Shown here piece after piece: positions 57,348 to 64,000 of a DNA stretch of 64,000 bases. Source of the DNA: Spirochaetaceae bacterium UBA6089. GTDB taxonomy: Bacteria > Spirochaetota > Spirochaetia > Treponematales > Rectinemataceae. Where the stretch lies: positions 13,167 through 77,166 of the forward strand of contig DIXD01000024.1 of assembly GCA_002435985.1 (NCBI GenBank), read 5' to 3'. Each line of letters starts with the position of its first letter. Position 1 is the first letter of the stretch. A model generated the notes under the pieces. It was not told the origin of the DNA and did not search any database. It was given only the letters and a program-made list of their open reading frames with translations. Made by a program: the position numbers and the translations under genes.

Positions 57348-59297
57348 TTATTCTGCGAACAGTGCTCGTATCTGATTCTTGTACAAGTCATTGATGGTGT
57401 GCCGCTTTATTTCCTGCTTGGCCGATAACTCGCGGCCGGGTTCAAACGGCGTTGCTAAAAGGGCGAAACGGAATATTCGCTCGAATGGCTTGAAGCCGTT
57501 CTTCGTGTTTACACACGCGTTGATCTCGCCATCAATCAGCTCTTTTACCTCGGGTTGCTCAAGGAGCGACGCATAGTCGGCGAAAGGGATCTCGTTTTCT
57601 TCGGCCCATTGCGTGAGAGCTTCTTCCTGCGGCACGATGAGGGCCGCGAGGTATTTCTGGTCTTGGCCGAGCACGACCGCCTGCTCAATATAGGGGCTCT
57701 CGCACAGCCTCTGTTCGATGGGGACGGGTTCGATATTCTCGCCGCCGCGCAACACGATGGTGTCCTTTGCCCGTCCGACGATGCTTATTTCCCCATGAAT
57801 GGTGAGCATACCGAGGTCGCCGGTGTCGAGCCAACCGTCCTCGGAGAGAATTTTGGCGGTGAGGTCGGGGCGTTTGTAGTAGCCGAGCATGACCTGCGGT
57901 CCGCGTACCTGGATGACGCCCTTTTCCCCGGCAGGGAGGATGTTGCCGTGTTCGTCGACAATGCGGATTTCGGTGCCGCGGTGGATGGGGCCGACCGTTC
58001 CGGTCACTGGATGCGTCCTCAGCCTGACCGCGAGCACCGGCGCCGTCTCGGTGAGGCCGTAACCCTCAAGGACGAGAATGCCGAGTGCATCGAAGAATTT
58101 GTCTACCGACGGCGGCAGGGCTCCACCTCCGGAAATGCCTGCAATAAAGCCCTTGCCGAGTTTTTCCCGTATTTTTTTGAATACGAGGACGTTACCCAAT
58201 GCGCGCAAGGGGCTCAAAAGTATAAAGGGTATGATGGCTACGGCAATGTCGATCACCCTTGATCGCGGAGAGAATTTCGGAAGCCGATCGAGCAGCATAT
58301 TCCTAAAGTAGGAATGCGCCTCACCGATGCTGACGAATATGGAGAACAGCACCTTTGTGGCGCCGCCGCTCTGGCGTATTGTCTTATAGACACCGTCTTT
58401 GATCGATTCCCAAATTCGGGGAACGGAGGTAAACCACTGCGGTTGCACTACCTGCATATCTGCAAGCAAGATCGAGCCCACGGGTTTGGAGTACGCGATC
58501 GTGGCTCCCGCCTGCAAGACGATGTACTGGACGGCGCGCTCGAAGGAGTGCCAAACCGGAAGCACGGCGAGAAATACGTCGCCACTCTTTACTCCAATGA
58601 GGCCCGGCAGGTACTCGGTCTGATGGAGAAAGTTGCCGTGGCTCAGCATGACGCCTTTGGGGTCTCCTGTCGTGCCCGATGTGTAGATGATGGTCGCGAG
58701 ATCCTCGCGCCTGCCTTTTGCCGCTTCATGCTGAAAGAAAGCAGGGTCTTTCTCGTAGAGAGGGAGCCCCTCTCGCATGATGTCGGAGAAGAGCAGAACA
58801 TCGAGGCTTGCGTCTTTGGCCTGTTCAATCATCGATGGGGCTGGTGAATCGAAGAGAATGACGGTTTTCAGATGCACATAGGGTGGTTCTTGCAGAGACT
58901 GGGAGCCGAAGGGGATGCGGCCAGTCTTGATGTCGAGGATTTTCTGCAGCTGACGGTCGTTCTCGAGTATGACGGTCGCACATTCGCTCCAGCTCAGAAT
59001 ATAGGCAATTTCTTGGGCGGTCGCATCGCAGCCGCGCGGCACGTCCGCTGCCCCGAGGCCGAGCATGGCAAGGTCGGCGATGAGCCACTCTTTTCTGTTG
59101 TCGGAGATGAAGCCGACTCTGTCGCCTCGCCTGATGCCCACATTGTACAGGCCGTGGGCACAGATGCTCACTTCCTTCAGCAGCGTGCCGTAGCTTGTCG
59201 GCTGGAATATGCCCTGAGCATCTTTGGAAAGCTGCGCCTTGACGTCCGGCTGCTTTTGAGCGATTTCGATATACATTTGAGGGATGGTATTTGCCAT
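57348..59297 (-). CDS. Long-chain fatty acid--CoA ligase (AMP-dependent synthetase)
   Basis: IYTSGTTGDPKGVML, EGYGLTET, DTGDLG, GRAKDTIVL.GGENIEP. Confidence 0.92.
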   Translation of the reverse strand: MANTIPQMYIEIAQKQPDVKAQLSKDAQGIFQPTSYGTLLKEVSICAHGLYNVGIRRGDRVGFISDNRKEWLIADLAMLGLGAADVPRGCDATAQEIAYILSWSECATVILENDRQLQKILDIKTGRIPFGSQSLQEPPYVHLKTVILFDSPAPSMIEQAKDASLDVLLFSDIMREGLPLYEKDPAFFQHEAAKGRREDLATIIYTSGTTGDPKGVMLSHGNFLHQTEYLPGLIGVKSGDVFLAVLPVWHSFERAVQYIVLQAGATIAYSKPVGSILLADMQVVQPQWFTSVPRIWESIKDGVYKTIRQSGGATKVLFSIFVSIGEAHSYFRNMLLDRLPKFSPRSRVIDIAVAIIPFILLSPLRALGNVLVFKKIREKLGKGFIAGISGGGALPPSVDKFFDALGILVLEGYGLTETAPVLAVRLRTHPVTGTVGPIHRGTEIRIVDEHGNILPAGEKGVIQVRGPQVMLGYYKRPDLTAKILSEDGWLDTGDLGMLTIHGEISIVGRAKDTIVLRGGENIEPVPIEQRLCESPYIEQAVVLGQDQKYLAALIVPQEEALTQWAEENEIPFADYASLLEQPEVKELIDGEINACVNTKNGFKPFERIFRFALLATPFEPGRELSAKQEIKRHTINDLYKNQIRALFAE

Positions 59298-59335
59298 TGT
59301 CTTTAGTCCCCTTGGTGCATTTTATTGACATAATT

Positions 59336-59364
59336 ACTATAAATGTAAAAATGTATATCGTCAA
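59336..59364 (-). promoter_or_regulatory. Sigma70-type promoter of the acyl-CoA ligase gene
   Basis: TTGACG-N17-TATAGT on the minus strand. Confidence 0.7.
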
Positions 59365-59410
59365 GTCGATACTGGATTTCGGCTGGATTTCTTGCCCGCG
59401 GCGGGGGACT

Positions 59411-60403
59411 CTATCGAAACCTGTCCTGAGGAACCTCATCGAAATATCGTGTGAGACAGGCTCTCATCGCGTCGAGCGTAGATGCATTGATGAGCGAAAA
59501 TCTGAGGTGGTGTGCGAAGCTCACGTTGTCTGCATAGTACCAGAAGACGCGTCGGCAGGTTTCTTTTTGCCATTCGCTCGGCAGCATCATCTCCACAAGC
59601 TCGATGTAGCGTAGGCCGATTGCAAGAAGGTCGTATGTCTGCAGCGGGCATGTGGAGCGACCAGCGAGTGCGGCGTGGAGGCGCTTGAAGAGCCATGGCT
59701 CACGGACCGCGGCCCGGCCTATCATGAGGCTGTGAATCTTTCCCGAGGCAAGAAGTGAGCGACAGTCTTCGGCCGTCGAGATGTCTCCGTTTGCGATGAC
59801 GGGAATGGAGAGTTCCTGTGCCAGCAAAAGGGCGAAGCCATGGTCGGCCTTCCGGCGAAATTTCTGCGTGTCGAACCTTGCGTGGACCACAAGAAAATCG
59901 AGGCCTGCCTCTGCCAGCGATTTGGCCAGGGCTATGGTCCCCTCTTCACCCTGTACTGAGCTGAGGCGTATCTTTGCGGAGAGTATGCCTGTCCAGTTTT
60001 CGCGCGCAGCGGCGACCATCTCCCGTGCTCGTGCTGTGGTGTCGAGGAGTGCGGCACCTCGCCCCGAACCTTTGATGTGCGGGACCGAGCAGCCCATGTT
60101 GATGTCGATTCCTGCTGGGCGCTGCATGTCGGCCACATTGGACAGCGCTCTGCATGCAGCAGCGAGCGATTCCGGAGTGCGTGCGGTAAACTGGACAGAG
60201 GTATGCGAGGGGCATGGTGCCGGATCGAGGTAAACCGCTTCGTTTCTTCCGCCTGCCAGGAAAGCCTCCGCACTCGCCATCTCGGTCGTATACCAGTCCG
60301 CACCTCCAAGCTCATGCACCAATGTTCGGAACGCTCTGTTCGTAATGCCGACCATGGGCGCCAAAAGCAAAGAACCGCGGGGGAAGCAGATCATAATCCG
60401 CAA
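59411..60403 (-). CDS. dus: tRNA-dihydrouridine synthase family protein (start uncertain)
   Basis: LAPMVG, TEM, DINMGC, VHAR, IANGDI, MIGRAA. Confidence 0.9.
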   Translation of the reverse strand: MRIMICFPRGSLLLAPMVGITNRAFRTLVHELGGADWYTTEMASAEAFLAGGRNEAVYLDPAPCPSHTSVQFTARTPESLAAACRALSNVADMQRPAGIDINMGCSVPHIKGSGRGAALLDTTARAREMVAAARENWTGILSAKIRLSSVQGEEGTIALAKSLAEAGLDFLVVHARFDTQKFRRKADHGFALLLAQELSIPVIANGDISTAEDCRSLLASGKIHSLMIGRAAVREPWLFKRLHAALAGRSTCPLQTYDLLAIGLRYIELVEMMLPSEWQKETCRRVFWYYADNVSFAHHLRFSLINASTLDAMRACLTRYFDEVPQDRFR

Positions 60404-60481
60404 GGTACTTCAAGGAGAGAACTACGGCAAGCCCAGCAGCCCGAGTTGACTTCTTACCGGATAATAGTATATAAGATTTCG

Positions 60482-60542
60482 GCGCATGTTCCCTCATTCG
60501 GGCTCTGCATGGGAACGGATGTGCAAGGATACAACGGAGCCC
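60482..60542 (+). ncRNA. Candidate H-type pseudoknot in the rpsP operon leader
   Basis: Stem 1: 60482-60493 with 60511-60524 (12 bp, 2-nt bulge). Loop segment GGGCTCTG (60500-60507) pairs with CGGAGCCC (60535-60542). Confidence 0.5.
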
Positions 60543-60575
60543 ACAGCGCGATGTTTCGAAATTAGGAGGATATTC

Positions 60576-60827
60576 GTGAGCATACACATCAGACTTAAAA
60601 GGTTCGGCGCGAAGGCCAGGCCATATTACCGGATCGTCGTCATGGATTCTCGCTCCGCGCGCGATTCCAAAACAATCGATGAACTTGGTTATTATCACCC
60701 CATCGAGGCCGAGGACAAGCAGCTCAAGATCGATGAGACCAAGGCCAGAGAGTGGCTCTCGAAGGGTGCGTTGCCATCCGACACTGTTCACTCTCTCTTC
60801 AACAAGAAAGGGATACGGCTCGGCTGA
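60576..60827 (+). CDS. rpsP: 30S ribosomal protein S16
   Basis: IRLKRFGAKARPYYRIVVMDSR..RD, WLSKGA.PSDTV. GTG start follows AGGAGG. Confidence 0.97.
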   Translation: MSIHIRLKRFGAKARPYYRIVVMDSRSARDSKTIDELGYYHPIEAEDKQLKIDETKAREWLSKGALPSDTVHSLFNKKGIRLG

Positions 60828-60842
60828 GTCGGGTGGTATACT

Positions 60843-61076
60843 ATGGAACGCGATCTCGTTGAGTATATTGTCAAGTCGCTTGTCGACAATCCCGATGCCG
60901 TCGACATCAAGGTGATCGAAGGTGAAAAATCCACCATCCTCGAGCTGAGAGTAGCAGAGAGCGATGTGGGCAAGGTCATCGGCAAAAACGGCAGAATCGC
61001 GCGTGCGATTCGGACTATTCTATCCGCCGCAACCTCGTCGCAGTCGAAACGCGTCATTCTGGAGATCCTGGACTGA
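60843..61076 (+). CDS. khpA: KH-domain RNA-binding protein
   Basis: LVDNPD, GKVIGKNGRIARAIR; conserved position after rpsP. Confidence 0.93.
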   Translation: MERDLVEYIVKSLVDNPDAVDIKVIEGEKSTILELRVAESDVGKVIGKNGRIARAIRTILSAATSSQSKRVILEILD

Positions 61077-61091
61077 ATTCGGCCGGCCGCT

Positions 61092-61619
61092 ATGCATGAG
61101 ATGCGAAAGCCCATGTATCTCGCTGTTGCAAGGCTCGGAGCGATTAGAGGGCTGGCGGGTGAACTCAGGCTCATAAGCTATTCCGGCGAATTTTCGCACA
61201 TTGCGGAAGCAGGCGAAATTCTCGTGGGCGGATCGCTCGGGCTGGAGGATGCCCGGACGCTGAAGGTCCAGCAGGTTCTGGTGGGTGGTTGGGGAGCCAG
61301 TATTGTCTTTGAGGGCTATCGGACGCCCGAAAAGGCGCGTCAGCTTGTAGGTCGAGAGCTCTTTTTGCCGCGCGGGCAGGCCTGTCCAAAGAAGAAGGGC
61401 GAATATTATGTCGCTGATCTGGTGGGCATGGTCGCCACAGTAGGTGGCGCGCGCATTGGGGTGGTCGCCGCGGTGCTCGAAGGGGGCGCCGACGACCTTC
61501 TGGAGATCACGCGCGATAGTGGGGGAACGGCGCTTGTTCCTTTTCGCAGAGAATTTGTAGGCGAGGTCGACGAAGAGAAGGGTGAATTCGAAATTATAAG
61601 CCCGTGGATTCTGGAATGA
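61092..61619 (+). CDS. rimM: Ribosome maturation factor RimM
   Basis: GAIRGLAGE, EYYVADLVG, ALVPF; synteny. Confidence 0.9.
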   Translation: MHEMRKPMYLAVARLGAIRGLAGELRLISYSGEFSHIAEAGEILVGGSLGLEDARTLKVQQVLVGGWGASIVFEGYRTPEKARQLVGRELFLPRGQACPKKKGEYYVADLVGMVATVGGARIGVVAAVLEGGADDLLEITRDSGGTALVPFRREFVGEVDEEKGEFEIISPWILE

Positions 61620-62386
61620 ATATCAAGATTCTTTCGCTCTTTCCCGAAATTCTCGAATCGTATTTTTCGGCTTCGGTCATGAAACGGGCCGTGGAGAAAG
61701 GGCTCGTTTCGTACGAACTCATCGATATTAGAGAGTATGCCTACGATCGCCACCGCAAGTGCGACGACGAGGTGTTCGGTGGAGGGGCAGGCATGCTGAT
61801 GAAGCCGGAACCCTTGGATAGAGCCCTTGAGGCAGCGGGATCCCCGGCGCTGCGGACGATCTATGTGACGCCTTCAGGAAGGCTCTTCAACCAGGCGATG
61901 GCTGCCGACTTCGCGAAGGAAGAGAATCTCGTCATTCTCTGCGGACGCTATGAAGGCATCGATCAGCGCATCATCGACACGCGCGTGACCGATGAAGTCT
62001 CCATTGGGGATTATGTGCTTTCGAGCGGAGAGGTTGCGGCGATGGTGCTGGTCGACGCGATATATCGTTTAATACCTGGCGTCATTTCGAGCGAATCGCT
62101 CTCGGAAGAGAGTTTTTCGTCGGGTCTCTTGGAGTATCCCCAGTATACAAGGCCCGAAGAATATGCTACATTACACGTCCCGGAAGTGCTCGTCAGCGGC
62201 AATCACGCTGCAATTGCCCGTTGGCGGCTTAAGGCGAGTCTTGTGAAGACACTCGTCTATAGACCGGAACTTTTGAATACTATCGATCTGTCCAGCGAAC
62301 TCGGCAGATTGCTCAAAGAAGTGATAGACGGAGGGGGAGAGAATGAACCTCGTACAGCAGATTCAGGCGGAACAGGCACGGACTGA
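61616..62386 (+). CDS. trmD: tRNA (guanine-N1)-methyltransferase
   Basis: [43 protein letters not shown]. Confidence 0.97.
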   Translation: MNIKILSLFPEILESYFSASVMKRAVEKGLVSYELIDIREYAYDRHRKCDDEVFGGGAGMLMKPEPLDRALEAAGSPALRTIYVTPSGRLFNQAMAADFAKEENLVILCGRYEGIDQRIIDTRVTDEVSIGDYVLSSGEVAAMVLVDAIYRLIPGVISSESLSEESFSSGLLEYPQYTRPEEYATLHVPEVLVSGNHAAIARWRLKASLVKTLVYRPELLNTIDLSSELGRLLKEVIDGGGENEPRTADSGGTGTD

Positions 62387-62723
62387 CATGCCCGCGTTTA
62401 GGGTTGGAGATACTGTCCGCGTCAGTTTCAAAATTGTCGAAGGCAAAACCGAGCGAGTTCAGGCATATGAGGGCCTCGTCATCGCAATGAAGAATGCGGG
62501 GGCCGGCAAGACATTCACGGTGCGGAAAAACTCTTACGGCGTGGGCGTCGAGCGCGTGTTCCCCTACAATTCACCCCGCGTCGAGAAGGTCGAGATCATG
62601 AAGACTGGTAAAGTTCGCCGCGCCAAGCTCTACTATATCCGCACCAAGGTCGGCAAAAAGGCGAAGGTCAAGACTTTGGTCGGCGGACGCAAAAGCGGTC
62701 AAGGCAATCGACAGGAAGCATAA
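62343..62723 (+). CDS. rplS: 50S ribosomal protein L19
   Basis: [36 protein letters not shown]. Confidence 0.97.
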   Translation: MNLVQQIQAEQARTDMPAFRVGDTVRVSFKIVEGKTERVQAYEGLVIAMKNAGAGKTFTVRKNSYGVGVERVFPYNSPRVEKVEIMKTGKVRRAKLYYIRTKVGKKAKVKTLVGGRKSGQGNRQEA

Positions 62724-62762
62724 CAGAGACTACGGCGCGTATGGCGCCACTTTCGACTATAG

Positions 62763-62795
62763 AGCTGCCCCAACAGAAATCCAGGCAGCTTTTTT
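62763..62795 (+). terminator. Intrinsic terminator after rplS
   Basis: AGCTGCC/GGCAGCT stem followed by TTTTT. Confidence 0.7.
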
Positions 62796-62862
62796 ATAAC
62801 CGAGCGTTGAAGCAAAGACCGGATAATCCTGCGTAATCTATTCAGGGAGCTTTAAGGTAGGA

Positions 62863-63231
62863 ATGAAATGTACGGTACAGCGGGGGAAGGAAGGAGAAGC
62901 AGTCGGTCGGCAGTACCTTATAGATGCAGGCTGGTCCATTCTGTCCAGCAATTTCCGCACGAGGCGTGGAGAAATCGATATAGTTGCCCTGCGCGGTGGA
63001 ATCGTAGCCTTCGTCGAAGTCAAAATGGTAAACCGGTATACTCAAGCGGACCTTCAGCATGTCATCAGCGCAAAAAAGCGCAGGTCGATCATCGAAACTT
63101 CTAAACTATTTCTTGCGATGAATCGAAAATATAATCAGTACCGCGTTCGGTACGATGTGATGTTGGTGCAAGGGAATGCCTGTGTGAGGCATATGGAAGG
63201 CGCATTTGCGGAACACGATGAAGCAGAGTAA
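62863..63231 (+). CDS. yraN: YraN-family PD-(D/E)xK protein
   Basis: GKEGE, NFRTRRGEIDIVA, FVEVK, RYDV. Confidence 0.9.
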   Translation: MKCTVQRGKEGEAVGRQYLIDAGWSILSSNFRTRRGEIDIVALRGGIVAFVEVKMVNRYTQADLQHVISAKKRRSIIETSKLFLAMNRKYNQYRVRYDVMLVQGNACVRHMEGAFAEHDEAE

Positions 63232-63439
63232 TGTCTCGAGGGACATGCCGGCCTGGGCCGGCTCGAGCCCCGATGATTTTCTTCTTTCGAAATACGATAT
63301 CACCGAAGAGATGAAGGCTACGAACTGGAAACGCCTTTACGAACTCAAACACAAGCTGATCGACGACCGCTACCTGGAAGGGGCGATTGCATCGATTGCC
63401 GAAATGCTGTCAAATAGCGTCAAAGGCAAATCCAAATGA
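63218..63439 (+). CDS. Small hypothetical protein
   Basis: Overlaps both neighbours on the same strand; helical C-terminus LKHKLIDDRYLEGAIASIAEMLS. Confidence 0.65.
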   Translation: MKQSNVSRDMPAWAGSSPDDFLLSKYDITEEMKATNWKRLYELKHKLIDDRYLEGAIASIAEMLSNSVKGKSK

Positions 63440-63879
63440 GCACTGAATCGAACAATAATCCACCGAAGGCCGGAAATGGAAAGTCCCACAACCACCACGT
63501 TCGCAGACGAAAATCGCCGCGACCGGCTACACAGCGAGGCGCAAACGCGTCGTCGTCCCAGAAACCTCAAGCCGAGCGTCCGCCACAGGAGCTCAAAATA
63601 TGCGCGGTCTGCGGCAAGCCGATCTTTGATCTGACAGGGGCGGTTGCCTCCCGCGAGGACGGCGAGCCGATTCATTTTGACTGTGCTCTAGAAATCTTGT
63701 CGAAAGAAGAAAAACTTGCGTCCGACGAAAAACTTGTATACATAGGGAGCGGATGCTTCGGCGTCTGCGTTCAGGCCCCGGGCGGCAAGCTGGAGATACG
63801 GCGAAAAATTCATTGGGAGTCGGCCGGCACGATCCAGCCTTGGCGTAGACCGATGATGTCGTCGCCCAATCTACCTTGA
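63436..63879 (+). CDS. Hypothetical protein with a CxxC...HxxC putative zinc site
   Basis: Basic disordered N-terminus; CAVCGKPI...HFDC; YIGSG.FG. ATGA overlap. Confidence 0.75.
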   Translation: MSTESNNNPPKAGNGKSHNHHVRRRKSPRPATQRGANASSSQKPQAERPPQELKICAVCGKPIFDLTGAVASREDGEPIHFDCALEILSKEEKLASDEKLVYIGSGCFGVCVQAPGGKLEIRRKIHWESAGTIQPWRRPMMSSPNLP

Positions 63880-63888
63880 TACGAAGCC

Positions 63889-63999
63889 CTACAACGTATT
63901 TCGGACCTTGCCGCGCGGCCCTATGGCCTCGAAGCCGCAATAGGGAATGAGGGCCTTAGGAATTCGCACCGAACCGTCTTCCTGCTGGAAGTTTTCGAG
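63889..63999 (-). CDS. serS: 3' end of serine--tRNA ligase (truncated by the window edge; not in the ORF track)
   Basis: Minus strand translates to [36 protein letters not shown], matching the SerRS C-terminal EN.Q..DGS..IP..L.PY motif. Confidence 0.85.
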   Translation of the reverse strand, partial: LENFQQEDGSVRIPKALIPYCGFEAIGPRGKVRNTL

Positions 64000-64000
64000 A

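Noticed and set aside
62343-62386. 44-nt trmD/rplS overlap as a frameshift or recoding signal
   Set aside because: Both proteins are complete and rplS has its own purine-rich SD; a simple tail overlap.
1-64000. tRNA, rRNA, IS, integrase, prophage or defence genes
   Set aside because: None recognised by eye; tRNAscan-SE, cmscan and DefenseFinder would be needed to exclude them formally.

Overview
Bacterial chromosomal window with about 55 CDS and no rRNA, tRNA, IS, integrase or CRISPR that I can see. It is most likely from a Spirochaetota genome (inferred from a BB0323-like LysM lipoprotein, a type-2 IleRS and spirochete-like hypotheticals after yraN). From left to right: (1) a translationally coupled three-gene putative exopolysaccharide operon (ODP/MBL-GGDEF-REC protein in which all three domains look catalytically dead, a HEAT-repeat/processive GT2 fusion with a Cys4 insert, and a membrane-anchored clan GH-A hydrolase fusion); (2) M29 aminopeptidase, ferredoxin and hsp20, the last with a clear sigma54 promoter and three enhancer-like boxes; (3) ubiD/ubiA/ubiX (mqnL/P/M-like) genes coupled to an ABC importer, possibly quinone-precursor salvage; (4) a LolD/FtsX-type ABC system with a LolA-like protein, a putative outer-membrane barrel and an OmpR-type two-component system; (5) a hexuronate cluster (LarA-family epimerase, uxaE, YesMN-like two-component system, TRAP, SDR, uxaC); (6) ugpBAE and glpQ; (7) housekeeping genes (ptsI, der, M18 peptidase, ileS, acyl-CoA synthetase, dus, rpsP-khpA-rimM-trmD-rplS, yraN, 3' end of serS), a large repeat-expanded LysM lipoprotein and a candidate pseudoknot leader before rpsP. 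All calls come from motif recognition by eye; no searches were run.
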